Shown here piece after piece: positions 20,774 through 30,799 of a DNA stretch of 64,000 nt. The position numbers and the translations under genes were made by a program. Under the pieces are notes generated by a model that was not told the origin of the DNA, did no database searches, and saw only the letters and a list, made by a program, of their open reading frames with translations. How positions within the stretch are numbered: the first letter of the stretch is position 1; the number at the start of each line of letters is the position of its first letter. The DNA comes from a virus (taxonomy: Duplodnaviria > Caudoviricetes). Location: IMG/VR virus record IMGVR_UViG_3300032123_000052, positions 32,001 through 96,000 of that record; one strand, given 5' to 3'.

Positions 20774-21776
20774 TATCTTCCTGAGCTTCAGGCCAGTATT
20801 TCATATGATAGCCCCATGAATCATCAGGATTTGGTGTTTTAATAAACCTGATTAACGACTCAACTACGTAAACAAGATCTCTTGCACTAAGAGCATCAAA
20901 TACTGCATTGAATGCCGTCCCAAAGCAAGTACCGCCATCAGCCTGAACATGGCCACATTCCCATACTGCGCCGTTGCTTGAGGCATGTCGATGGGTAAGA
21001 TTTCTTATTGATACTGCTTTTTTCTGGCCTGTAGGGTTCGGAGAAAATAATGCATCAATACGAACACCAAGCCGCATAATACCAATGTGTCTTTTATGGC
21101 CATCCAACCTATCGTCAGTCACAAGAGGAATGGTTATAAAGACAATTTCATCATTGGTGAAATATACCTCGTTGACAAGTTCATAATTTTCAACAATACC
21201 ATTGGCTTGTTCAACAAGATTGATAATATCAGGACTTGTTTCAGAGAATCGTTTAGTAGCATCTTCGATTCTCCTTTTTAGAGCTATTGCTTTATTGAAA
21301 TGAATATTAAAATCTTTTAGAGAGTCATCGAGCTGTTTAGCGATATTGACACTTTCTCCACCAACAGCTTGAGATATTGCGGCATATATCTGCTCTTCAT
21401 TAGCAATACGGCTTTCCTCGATTTGCGATGGGTCGACCATGCGCCGTTCTGTGTCAGCAGCCGCCTCTTCACAGGTATTTTCATCCGCTGGCACGTCCTC
21501 CTCTTCGACATTATCTTCTTCGACGGGTTGACCTTCCTGCTGGGCAGGTTCTGATACAACATCAATAATAACAGAGCTTCCTGTCGTATCGAAGCTGACA
21601 ACTCCGTCGTATGCGTTTGATAATATCTCACGAGCTTCTTCAAGTCGCGGCTCATCAATGATGAGTTGAATTGTGCCGTCCCCGCCGAGATCTATTGAGT
21701 TCATAATATTTAGCAGACCTTCCGGAATGCTATTTATATCATAACCCAATGTCGGTTTAATAAACAACGTAAGCAA
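20745..21776 (-). CDS. Prokaryotic E2/UBC-like protein with N-terminal coiled region (E2-a)
   Basis: C-terminal GHVQADGGTCFG resembles the UBC HPN..dG.iCl motif; ends ...YWPE like its paralog. Confidence 0.6.
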   Translation of the reverse strand: MLTLFIKPTLGYDINSIPEGLLNIMNSIDLGGDGTIQLIIDEPRLEEAREILSNAYDGVVSFDTTGSSVIIDVVSEPAQQEGQPVEEDNVEEEDVPADENTCEEAAADTERRMVDPSQIEESRIANEEQIYAAISQAVGGESVNIAKQLDDSLKDFNIHFNKAIALKRRIEDATKRFSETSPDIINLVEQANGIVENYELVNEVYFTNDEIVFITIPLVTDDRLDGHKRHIGIMRLGVRIDALFSPNPTGQKKAVSIRNLTHRHASSNGAVWECGHVQADGGTCFGTAFNAVFDALSARDLVYVVESLIRFIKTPNPDDSWGYHMKYWPEAQEDNAHQTAENQ

Positions 21777-21787
21777 TAAACCCTCCT

Positions 21788-23737
21788 CTAATTAATGTGA
21801 ATAGGTATCGCGTCTGCGAGTAATTCGTCGAATTTCTTTTCTGCCTCAGCTATCTGTTCAATTGCTTCATAAACAACATTGGCATTACGATTTATATTAG
21901 TTGCTATTTCCTCAGATACTTCAGGCCAGTGGTTTACTTTTTCCCCAGCGGCATCTGATGTATTTGCTGATTCAAGGAAAAGTATTATTTGATACACCAC
22001 TTCAAATAAGTCGCGTCTTTTGTACGCATCGGTCAATCCGACCGCAAGGTTCCCATGACAGAAAGTGCCATTGTTCCATACATGCGGAGCGTTCATAATC
22101 GAATCGCCTGCATTAATCTGGTGCTTAGTGTTATTGATTCTTACAGTTTTGCTTTGGTCGTAAGTGTTGCTATGCATTCCGATGATAATATGAAAAGTTC
22201 CTATATCATGCCAACGTTTAGTTCTTTCGTCCTGTGCGTATATATTATTCGTATATACATGGACAGAGCCATCTTTTATTGTGATAGCACTTATTTTGTC
22301 AATTGCTATGGTCTGGTCATAATTATCATTAGCCTTTTTTCGCTCATCTTTCATAAATTCACCTTCATTGAAATAAGCTATCTGGTCATGGAATCTTTGA
22401 AACATTTTTGCATGCTCCATAGCCTGATCAAGACATTCTTTATACTTCGTGTGGTGCTCGTCTTTTTTTTTCTTGATCTGATTGGTTATGGCTTTCGAAT
22501 TTTCCATTGCAAATTGAATATACTCTTCTTTATTATTTATAGCCTTTTTCTCCATATAGGCAATATCAATTTTAACAAGCTCATTATATGGCGTGGAATT
22601 TGAATGCCTTCTTGCAAATTCCTTATATGCAATTTTAAAGAACGTTTTGTTTTTTCCAGTTGAATATGGAACTAGAAAATAAACTACACATCGATCTTTG
22701 ACAGCCCATATCACATGTGTCACTGTGTCTTTATAGACACCATCATATTTGTATATTGGAGAGTTCTTACGCTCTTTCAGGATGTCTCTAATTCTACGCT
22801 CTTTATTTTCTTCGCTTGCCCTAGTCTCGCGACGTATGTCATTAATCGCTTTATTTTCATTTCTGGTACCGGCGATGGTATGTATTTCATCAATTTCACA
22901 ACCGAAACACAAAGCTTTCATACCTTCATTAATTAAGAACGTTATGGTCGGCATGCTATAAGTAAAGAACAGTACATCTTTCGATAAATCGGACATAATA
23001 TATTCAGCTTTTATCATGTCCAATACCATAGATGCATGTGATGCGCTATATAAACACACTATGCTTTTTTTGATGCTTTTAGCAATATCTGTTATTAAAT
23101 TAAATTGGGTTTCGGTGAGCTTAGAGCCAAACACAACCACCCTAACCCTCTCTTCATCAAAAGAAACGTCATGATCTGTACAAGGGCAGTCTTTTATGTT
23201 CGTGATATTATCAAGAATCTTTTTCATGCGAGTAATCCATTTTGGTATTTCTTTTGGTTTCTCCAGCTCAACCTCAACCATTTCTTCTTCGGGAACAGCC
23301 ACATCATTTGAAGCGCCAGAATACTCTTCTGTTGGCAGCTCTTCTTGTGACGTAGTATGGTGATTGTTAATTTCATCCTTAATATTATCAAGCGTAAAAC
23401 GCGATCCACTTGTTCCTACAGATACTACATTTAAATATAATTCTGATGCTTTTGCCTCTTCACCAGTAAGATCGTTTAGTAAATTATCATCAACCCAATA
23501 TCGATGCACTGCCAACCTCATACCATGAATATTTGAATTCATTATTAATGGCTGAAGCCTTGGGTCTTTATCAAGCTTGTCCCACAGATAATTTATTGTA
23601 TTAAACGCTGTATCAAAACCGTCCTTATCGACAGCGGCGGCTACAGCCCCATTTTCTAGTGCATATTTCATAAATTCAATATTAAGAATTTCGGCAAGCC
23701 ACATTTCGACAAACCCAAAGGTCTGGTCCATTTGCAT
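21788..23737 (-). CDS. Prokaryotic E2/UBC-like protein with long N-terminal and coiled-coil region (E2-b)
   Basis: C-terminal APHVWNNGTFCHGN...DLFEVVYQIILFLES..N..D..G..VNHWPE is homologous to the C-terminus of E2-a. Confidence 0.6.
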   Translation of the reverse strand: MQMDQTFGFVEMWLAEILNIEFMKYALENGAVAAAVDKDGFDTAFNTINYLWDKLDKDPRLQPLIMNSNIHGMRLAVHRYWVDDNLLNDLTGEEAKASELYLNVVSVGTSGSRFTLDNIKDEINNHHTTSQEELPTEEYSGASNDVAVPEEEMVEVELEKPKEIPKWITRMKKILDNITNIKDCPCTDHDVSFDEERVRVVVFGSKLTETQFNLITDIAKSIKKSIVCLYSASHASMVLDMIKAEYIMSDLSKDVLFFTYSMPTITFLINEGMKALCFGCEIDEIHTIAGTRNENKAINDIRRETRASEENKERRIRDILKERKNSPIYKYDGVYKDTVTHVIWAVKDRCVVYFLVPYSTGKNKTFFKIAYKEFARRHSNSTPYNELVKIDIAYMEKKAINNKEEYIQFAMENSKAITNQIKKKKDEHHTKYKECLDQAMEHAKMFQRFHDQIAYFNEGEFMKDERKKANDNYDQTIAIDKISAITIKDGSVHVYTNNIYAQDERTKRWHDIGTFHIIIGMHSNTYDQSKTVRINNTKHQINAGDSIMNAPHVWNNGTFCHGNLAVGLTDAYKRRDLFEVVYQIILFLESANTSDAAGEKVNHWPEVSEEIATNINRNANVVYEAIEQIAEAEKKFDELLADAIPIHIN

Positions 23738-23775
23738 TATACTCCTTATGATGAAGATTACTATCTATATAATTA

Positions 23776-24102
23776 TTATTCCATATTATATGCATGGATA
23801 ACACGCTCTTTTGTTAAGCCAAGCAGTTCTTTTATTTTACACCACTCTTCCCACGAGTGGCAAAGAAATGTCCTGGTTCCACATTGAGCGAGTTTTGTTA
23901 GTTTTGTCAGTTGTAGCTTTTGTGCAACACCAGTTAATCTTTTACATTCAACCATGATGGCGCCAGTAAGTATGGTTGTAAAGAACACATCGGGCTCACC
24001 GTTTTTATTTGCTTTCATTATTTTGAAACATTCGCAATACTCGCCAAATGATTCCAGATCAATCAGGATTTGATTCTGAATTTTTTTTTCATTTTTTGCC
24101 AT
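23776..24102 (-). CDS. VRR-NUC family nuclease
   Basis: EKKIQNQI...GEPDVF...VECKR...Q is the PD-(D/E)xK VRR-NUC pattern. Confidence 0.8.
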   Translation of the reverse strand: MAKNEKKIQNQILIDLESFGEYCECFKIMKANKNGEPDVFFTTILTGAIMVECKRLTGVAQKLQLTKLTKLAQCGTRTFLCHSWEEWCKIKELLGLTKERVIHAYNME

Positions 24103-24184
24103 ATTGATACTCCAAATTTAAAAACTTTCGTGGCTAAGTAGTAAGTGCGGTATTGGCCAACCCTATCTCTCGGCTGTTTTGGCC

Positions 24185-24784
24185 TCATAACTTTACTTCG
24201 TGTCCAATGCCAGTCTCATTATCCGCGACTCCAAATTGGAACCGCCCGTTGATGTAATCAAACTGCTTTTTAAGATTTCTCGCGTCATCCAATGCGATAT
24301 GGGCGGCTGCCTGATCTTTTTCAAAACGCAAATCAAAGCCATTGCGGAACTGTTGTCCTCCACAAAGGTCAAGTAGCATCTGAAAATCTTTGAAGTACAC
24401 CGGGAAGTTCTTGGGAAGATCGATCAACCTTCCGAAACATCTTGCGAATGCAACCCAATCATATGCGCCATAGTCAGCCCAGAATTCAGGTTTCTCATCA
24501 TTGCCGATAAATCTAATGATCTCAAGCACAATTTCATGCATTGTTCTCCAATTATAGAGTGGGTTACAGTACATATCATTACACACAACACCCCTTTCGC
24601 GGTTGATGGTAATTCCCGGAAGATGCTGAAGAACATGGTTTTTTATCCAGGCATCAGCCCTCATAAGACGGGCGCCAGAATTACAGACATACAACTCTCT
24701 ACCATCTTCTGAAACAATGGCAAGGCTAACAAGATCGAGAATAATCCCATCCTCAATAAATTCTGTATCGATAAAGTATTTCAT
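24185..24784 (-). CDS. DEDD 3'-5' exoribonuclease, Rv2179c-like
   Basis: FIDTEFIEDG...LVSLAIVSEDGRELY...WADYGAYDWV...HIALDDAR. Confidence 0.8.
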   Translation of the reverse strand: MKYFIDTEFIEDGIILDLVSLAIVSEDGRELYVCNSGARLMRADAWIKNHVLQHLPGITINRERGVVCNDMYCNPLYNWRTMHEIVLEIIRFIGNDEKPEFWADYGAYDWVAFARCFGRLIDLPKNFPVYFKDFQMLLDLCGGQQFRNGFDLRFEKDQAAAHIALDDARNLKKQFDYINGRFQFGVADNETGIGHEVKL

Positions 24785-25212
24785 TAATCGTTTTCTCCTT
24801 GAATAATTGATAAAAACTCACTGTTGTATGGTATAAAAGTTGTTGGGCATGGATTGCACGCTGATGCCCATACCCATCCTCCGGGAACACGCATAATCAT
24901 TATATTCTTATTTATATTAATTGTATCACCGAGCTTTAATTCATAAAATAAGTGTGCCGCAGTGATAGTTTTTTCACTAATTTCAAACTCTTTCGCTTGG
25001 TGGAATACTTTTAATTTTTTTGCTACTAATTCTATCCACCATTTCACTTTTTCTATTACCCAATCTTCGGGTGTGTCGTATTCGCCATCTTCTCCGATTA
25101 TCTCATCAATCATTTCAGGATCAACCACTTCGTATTGATATGCATCGATAGCGGCGCGTTCAAGTGCTAATTTCAAAATAGCAGGGTTAAGCATTTTCTC
25201 CATTAGTACCAT
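24784..25212 (-). CDS. Hypothetical protein
   Basis: 142 aa, translationally coupled to its neighbours. Confidence 0.55.
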   Translation of the reverse strand: MVLMEKMLNPAILKLALERAAIDAYQYEVVDPEMIDEIIGEDGEYDTPEDWVIEKVKWWIELVAKKLKVFHQAKEFEISEKTITAAHLFYELKLGDTININKNIMIMRVPGGWVWASACNPCPTTFIPYNSEFLSIIQGEND

Positions 25213-25468
25213 CCTTTATTATTCTTATTATTTGCCGTTGTGATAATTTGAATTTTTCAGCCAGCTCCCATATAAGCCAGTTGGCGGTTCTCAATTGTCT
25301 TATTTTTTTGTTTCTTCTATCGATAGCTGTTCTGTAGGATTTGACGCCAAGGGATGCTCTGTGCTGTTGTATACATTGGCGCGTTACGCCGAAAGCATCA
25401 GCTATTTTTTGGTCAGAACCATAGCTGTTTACCATACCTTGCATTTGTTCAATTGTAAACTTTTTCAT
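25187..25468 (-). CDS. Double helix-turn-helix DNA-binding protein
   Basis: SDQKIADAFGVTRQCIQQHR and IWELAEKFKLSQRQIIRII. Confidence 0.7.
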   Translation of the reverse strand: MKKFTIEQMQGMVNSYGSDQKIADAFGVTRQCIQQHRASLGVKSYRTAIDRRNKKIRQLRTANWLIWELAEKFKLSQRQIIRIIKDGTNGENA

Positions 25469-25497
25469 TGAAAAATTTTGTGCCCCTTTGTTTAAAT

Positions 25498-25526
25498 AAA
25501 AAAGGCCGCCAACAATTTAGCAGCCC
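25498..25526 (-). terminator. Intrinsic terminator after the SNF2 helicase
   Basis: GGCTGCTAA-ATTG-TTGGCGGCC (G.U pairs) followed by TTTTTT on the - strand. Confidence 0.6.
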
Positions 25527-25538
25527 TTTACAATTATT

Positions 25539-27335
25539 TTATATTTCTAATACATCAGGCCCCTTTTTCAATACCCTCGCCCATTGTTCAAGGGTTAGTG
25601 ATAAATTAACTTTACTTTTTAAAGCTTTCAATACCACCTCATCGATAGTAAGCTTTGTGACTAAATCTATAATTGTTACTGACAATTCTTGACCTTGCCT
25701 GTGTTGCCTCCCTTCCGCCTGGTCGCGCTTGATATAAGAATATGGATTACAAAAAAATACCTGATAATTAGAAAATTGTATATTATGTCCGTGACCCGCT
25801 TTTGCCTGATTACCAATAAAATAGCGATACTGCGGATCTTTGAATTTTTGTACTTGTTCATATGCATCGTCTTTTGCATAGCATGTGAGATACTTATCTT
25901 TACCAAAAGCATTACCTATAGTTTTCGTTATAAGCTCAAGGGCCGGTATATAATGTGCCCATATAATAATTTTTCTCTCTGGAGGGATATTATTTAATAC
26001 TTGAATAAGCAATCGCAACTTTGGATTATCCTCCAGAGTGATAACGCTTCTATCTTTTATTTCTTTTCCATCAGGGGACATACTCGTCCTCGAATTAATA
26101 TAAAAACCTGACGCTATCTGCTGTAATTTAGTTGTCAAAACTAGAGCGTTTTTAGCCGTGAGTGTCTGCTCGCATGACATGTCGCATTTCCCATTTTTAC
26201 TACATAACTTACACATGTCACCAATGATTGCAACGCAATCTTTTTTCATATCATTATATAAAGCAGCCTGTTTTGTTCCCATGTCGCATAACACTTTTTC
26301 GCGTATAATAGGTGGTAGATGTTTAAGACAGTCTTCTTTTTTAAATGAAACTGAGATGTTGCCAATTAGATTTGCAACAACCTCCTCGGCACCACCGTTA
26401 GGAACCCATACATGGCCGTCAGGATCGACAGAATGCATATATTGACCTCTGAACTCACCATGCTTTGCATAAGGAACGGTATCAGGGCCAAGAAATCTGA
26501 AAGGCATAAAAAATGACATCAGATTATTAGATGCCAGCGTTGCTGTCAGTATGTATTTATATTTGCAGTTTTCAAACTTCCGCACTATCTCTTTTGTCTG
26601 CCTCGATCCGGAGCTTCCTATTCTGTGGGCTTCATCAAGAACAACCATATCGAAATACCCGTCAGGTGTAATGTTGAGTATTGAAAACATCGATTCATAA
26701 TTGCCAATATAGATATCATAATCTACATTTTTATTTTTTATTTTATAAGTTTTATTAATGATGTTTGATGATTGGATTTTATTTTTTAGAATCACACCGG
26801 TTAAGTGTGGAATCTGAATTTTCATTTCTTCCAGGACATTTTTCTTTAAATCAGTCATGGTAATAACCAAAGCCTTCTTAACCTGACCACGCTTGATTCT
26901 TTCATCGATTGCCCATAAATACGGGCCTGTTTTGCATGTTCCAGTGTCAGCTATAATAGAAGCAACATCTGGATATGACATAATATTGAATAAAATCTTC
27001 TGATGCTCCATGGGGGTATAAATACCTTGGTAATCATATTCAAATTTGATCTCACCGCCATATTGCGATTTAATTTTTTCTATTACAGTTTTTCTTTTTT
27101 TTATATTTGCCAATATGATATTAACCAGCTTCTTTGCGCCTGTGCCCCATTTTATTCCGTATTTCTTGAATCGGTATATTTTAGGCCCTGATTTTAAAGG
27201 TATAGTTATTCTATTATACCCCCTCACCTTCCTGCCGTGCATCATCCCTTGCATTCTTTCCAGAAGGGACTTGTCGTTACAACCTATAATGAATTGGGTT
27301 TTATTAAGAATTTCTATATTCATAATTATACCCAA
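25539..27335 (-). CDS. SNF2-family (SF2) helicase/ATPase
   Basis: DTGTCKT, LDEAHRI, ILTAT and QAEGRQHRQGQ motifs. Confidence 0.85.
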   Translation of the reverse strand: MGIIMNIEILNKTQFIIGCNDKSLLERMQGMMHGRKVRGYNRITIPLKSGPKIYRFKKYGIKWGTGAKKLVNIILANIKKRKTVIEKIKSQYGGEIKFEYDYQGIYTPMEHQKILFNIMSYPDVASIIADTGTCKTGPYLWAIDERIKRGQVKKALVITMTDLKKNVLEEMKIQIPHLTGVILKNKIQSSNIINKTYKIKNKNVDYDIYIGNYESMFSILNITPDGYFDMVVLDEAHRIGSSGSRQTKEIVRKFENCKYKYILTATLASNNLMSFFMPFRFLGPDTVPYAKHGEFRGQYMHSVDPDGHVWVPNGGAEEVVANLIGNISVSFKKEDCLKHLPPIIREKVLCDMGTKQAALYNDMKKDCVAIIGDMCKLCSKNGKCDMSCEQTLTAKNALVLTTKLQQIASGFYINSRTSMSPDGKEIKDRSVITLEDNPKLRLLIQVLNNIPPERKIIIWAHYIPALELITKTIGNAFGKDKYLTCYAKDDAYEQVQKFKDPQYRYFIGNQAKAGHGHNIQFSNYQVFFCNPYSYIKRDQAEGRQHRQGQELSVTIIDLVTKLTIDEVVLKALKSKVNLSLTLEQWARVLKKGPDVLEI

Positions 27336-27793
27336 TTGAAGAAACCGGTTTTAATTTTGTTATTTTCGACTATTGCAACAAACTGAAGAGTTTTATCGCG
27401 ACTCCATTTTTTAATATCGATTATAAATCGGTATTCTTTTCCGCCGCTTTTTGAATCGTTTCCTATAACCCCCTGCTTTGATTTCGCATTTGCAAGCATC
27501 GTAATTATAAATGATTTCATATTTGAAGCAAGTAATAGTGATTTTTGATGACTATCTGGTTTAACAATATCCCTGTATATAAAGGCGTGCTCCCTTGCAA
27601 GCACCTCTAAGCGCTCTGCTATCTGTTTAAATGCATGGTCTGTGATATCAATACCACAACTACCATCATTATCATCAGCATCCAAATCATCTTTGATTGT
27701 TTGTAAAGCTCTCTTTTTGTCATATAGTTCTTGTTCTATTTCATTTAATGAGTTGAGGGCTTTAGCATAATCCAAATATTTATCTTCGTTCAC
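27326..27793 (-). CDS. Hypothetical protein (coiled N-terminus; ITDHAFKQIAER segment, possibly RelE-like fold)
   Basis: 155-aa ORF; the fold guess comes from the T-x-HA...R...KT pattern only. Confidence 0.45.
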   Translation of the reverse strand: MNEDKYLDYAKALNSLNEIEQELYDKKRALQTIKDDLDADDNDGSCGIDITDHAFKQIAERLEVLAREHAFIYRDIVKPDSHQKSLLLASNMKSFIITMLANAKSKQGVIGNDSKSGGKEYRFIIDIKKWSRDKTLQFVAIVENNKIKTGFFNWV

Positions 27794-28515
27794 TTTTTCT
27801 CCTCAAAAATTATTAATCCATACGGGTACCTTTCGTACGGCATGGTAGATACATAATGATAATTTTCCAAATTCCTATTATTACTCTCTAGGATTTTTAT
27901 AAAGAAACCAAGCTTCTTTGTTCTCAACCCGTTGGAAAACGTTCTAAATCCATACAAATATTTGCCACGACTGTGGCTTGTTTGATTAGCTCTGATGAGA
28001 AATACAAACAAAAAATTTTGATCCAGTATTGTCTTGGTCGTCCTGTTGAATGATACTTTCATTCTAACAAACTTATGGTTAAGTTCTTTATTCAAATAGT
28101 GTTGTGGTATTATAAATTCACCCCCCTTGCTGAAATAGGGATGCTGTTTTATATCAGTACCTCTTTCTTTCATCCTTGTTGTCTCAATACGGAAGCCAAC
28201 TGATTGTATTCTAAATACTTCATTTTCTTCAGGAAATAACCGTTCGGTATAATAGCATATTTTTTTTCCTATATATTGTTTTAAGTATTTTGGATTTTGT
28301 ATTAAAGCGTAGTTTTCACGCACAGTAACTTTATGATATGAATTTGAAACAGTCATCTCATTGCTAGGTGGAATGGTTGCAATAATACTAAGTGCACCAC
28401 TACCTTCTCTGTGAGCATAGAAGTGAAGAAATTCTACTTTATTAATTTTTATTCTGTTAAGTATTTCCCCATCCTGTATGACAATATTTTTTGATTGGAT
28501 TGTAGATTCTTTCAT
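27790..28515 (-). CDS. Hypothetical basic protein
   Basis: 241 aa, AAGGA RBS. Confidence 0.55.
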   Translation of the reverse strand: MKESTIQSKNIVIQDGEILNRIKINKVEFLHFYAHREGSGALSIIATIPPSNEMTVSNSYHKVTVRENYALIQNPKYLKQYIGKKICYYTERLFPEENEVFRIQSVGFRIETTRMKERGTDIKQHPYFSKGGEFIIPQHYLNKELNHKFVRMKVSFNRTTKTILDQNFLFVFLIRANQTSHSRGKYLYGFRTFSNGLRTKKLGFFIKILESNNRNLENYHYVSTMPYERYPYGLIIFEEKK

Positions 28516-28545
28516 GTGTCATCCTTAAAACTGCTGAAGCGCCTC

Positions 28546-28671
28546 TTATGAGACGCCCCAGCCAAAACGATTTAACACTTTATGTAGCAGTTTACGAAAT
28601 AGATTAAAAAGTATTTCATTAATAATTGCATTAATGAATCTAAGAAATATAACAAGTAATGAAAAACGCAT
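28546..28671 (-). CDS. 41-aa hydrophobic/amphipathic peptide absent from the ORF track
   Basis: AAGGAGGG-TGTT-ATG; MRFSLLVIFLRFINAIINEILFNLFRKLLHKVLNRFGWGVS; a hairpin overlaps the stop codon. Confidence 0.6.
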   Translation of the reverse strand: MRFSLLVIFLRFINAIINEILFNLFRKLLHKVLNRFGWGVS

Positions 28672-28726
28672 AACACCCTCCTTTGAAACGTCATGTCTCG
28701 GGGGGAGAGCAATCGATCTCAAAAGA

Positions 28727-30799
28727 TTATGCGTTTATATAACTCTTATTTTTTGCTTCTTTTCTTGTACATGCCTCGAATTTTGTTTTTCTCTTTATAC
28801 AAGAAATCAAACCAAGCTCTTCTGCATTTAATTTTATTTTATTATTTTCCAAAAGTTCATCCATTTTAGTTTCAGTTATGTTGAACTTCTTAATAATAGT
28901 GTCTATTTTAATGCCCTTTTCCAATAATATCTTCATGGTGGCGAGTGAATAGAATTCTCTGTTTTCGGTTGTATAATAATCGAGCACAGCATGTTCGTCG
29001 ATTTTAATTTCATTTGAGCACCCCTGGGCAAAACTTTTACACAGCTTCATAAGGCGCACGTTTTCTTGCTTATTAACCTCAAACCTTTTCCACGCAGTTT
29101 GGCAATCTTCCACATCTTTGACAAGAAATTGATTCGGATCATCAATGTTATTTATAAATTGCTTATTAAACAACGGGCATTTTGATTCTTCTGCAAGATG
29201 GCAAGTATGGCAAAATTCATTACGCGTAGGCTCAAACGCGTTGTCTGTTTTAAGCATTTCTTGTTCTATCATTTGAATAGAATCATCAATCCATTGCTGG
29301 GCAGTTTCTGCTGCCGCTTTTACATCGATAATTTCGTATTCTATAGATTTCCCGAATCTAATATATTCGACGCGCACTATTACCTTTTGATAACTCTCTG
29401 GTGGTAATAGATGGTATGCAAGCAGGACATATACCTTCATTTGCATATCCTCCTTAAGTTGGGCCACAGTCATCATTTTTCTTGAGCTTTTATAGTCTGT
29501 AATCACAACAATATTGGTAAGATATGACAACACATCAATGATACCTCGCATGAATGCTTTATTAGAATAGAAGTCACTCAATAAGCCCCACTCACGATCG
29601 AAAGCAAGCTTCTTCTCTGTAAGCATTATGTCGCCAGGTATAAGTGAAAAATCTTTATTTTCGTAAAACCGGGCCATAATATACCCAACATCAATGATGA
29701 TATTGGCATTTGTGCATTTGTGATACGTTGTTGCTTTATTTACTATTTTGTCAAATGATGCACGGTCAGGCATAGATGGTTTTTCATAGTTGTCTTCAGA
29801 GATATTTTGATCAATTTCGTATATCAACCCAGCAAGGCCTTTAATGCTGGGGAAATATAGATGTATCTGATCTTGATGTCGATAAAGATAATATCCGAAA
29901 TCATGAAATGTAATCAGCAATTCCTGGATATCGAACTCTTTGGCAATAATCGGCACAACCTCTTGTTTAATATGAAGATTTTTGATACGAGCATATTCGG
30001 TGAGTTTTATTGCAAATGATTCTCGATATACCCACTCTCCTGACCATTCTGTGGCTTTATGGCATATTTTTCCTACGACGAGGTAATCAACCTTGGGTTG
30101 TTTTATCTTTTGGATATATTGCATATACCATTTAAATTGGCACTGGTGAAACAAGTTTATTCTTGAAAATGAATACGCCTGTGTTTCCATTATTTCTTTA
30201 TCAGATTGTGTTGGGACAATCCCCATTTTCTTAAATGCGCCGCTTATCTTTTCATCCATGTTTTTGGCGAATAGCGGGGCCTCTTGATTCTGAATACATT
30301 CAGATTCTTCAATATTCTTTAGCTTGACAAATAGTTCAATGCATTTAAGAGTGTCATATTCTGATCGGTGCGCTTCTTTATCATCCCATTTTATGCCAAT
30401 TCTCATGCATGCAGTTTTTAATTTATTACCACCCTTGTAGCGCTTCCTACACATTATCAATGTGTCTTCATATCTTTTGGGTTTTATTTTCAAAAATTTA
30501 AGATCAAACTGTTTGATATTGTGGCCGATAACAGTTCTCGATCCGAAAAATTCAGCCACCTCTTCTCTTATACCATCTTTGAGATAGTTTTTCTTATCCT
30601 TGACCATATCATATGTAATGCCGTTTATTTTACTTACCACTATGGGTATAAATTCAGCCATAGGTCTACATAGATATGATAGAGTTTTGCCTATTTTTCC
30701 AGAAAGGTTAAACTCTATCGCTGTCACCTCAACAACTTCATCGTTCTGATGATTGAGGCCGGTTGTTTCTGTGTCTACTCCAACGTAATTATATTCCAT
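28727..30799 (-). CDS. DnaQ-like DEDDh exonuclease fused to AddB/Cas4-like PD-(D/E)xK nuclease
   Basis: VDTETTG...GHNIKQFDLKFL...HRSEYDT; then YSFSRINLFHQC, RGIIDVL, DYKSS, Q..VY, CHTC...CP. Confidence 0.8.
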   Translation of the reverse strand: MEYNYVGVDTETTGLNHQNDEVVEVTAIEFNLSGKIGKTLSYLCRPMAEFIPIVVSKINGITYDMVKDKKNYLKDGIREEVAEFFGSRTVIGHNIKQFDLKFLKIKPKRYEDTLIMCRKRYKGGNKLKTACMRIGIKWDDKEAHRSEYDTLKCIELFVKLKNIEESECIQNQEAPLFAKNMDEKISGAFKKMGIVPTQSDKEIMETQAYSFSRINLFHQCQFKWYMQYIQKIKQPKVDYLVVGKICHKATEWSGEWVYRESFAIKLTEYARIKNLHIKQEVVPIIAKEFDIQELLITFHDFGYYLYRHQDQIHLYFPSIKGLAGLIYEIDQNISEDNYEKPSMPDRASFDKIVNKATTYHKCTNANIIIDVGYIMARFYENKDFSLIPGDIMLTEKKLAFDREWGLLSDFYSNKAFMRGIIDVLSYLTNIVVITDYKSSRKMMTVAQLKEDMQMKVYVLLAYHLLPPESYQKVIVRVEYIRFGKSIEYEIIDVKAAAETAQQWIDDSIQMIEQEMLKTDNAFEPTRNEFCHTCHLAEESKCPLFNKQFINNIDDPNQFLVKDVEDCQTAWKRFEVNKQENVRLMKLCKSFAQGCSNEIKIDEHAVLDYYTTENREFYSLATMKILLEKGIKIDTIIKKFNITETKMDELLENNKIKLNAEELGLISCIKRKTKFEACTRKEAKNKSYINA

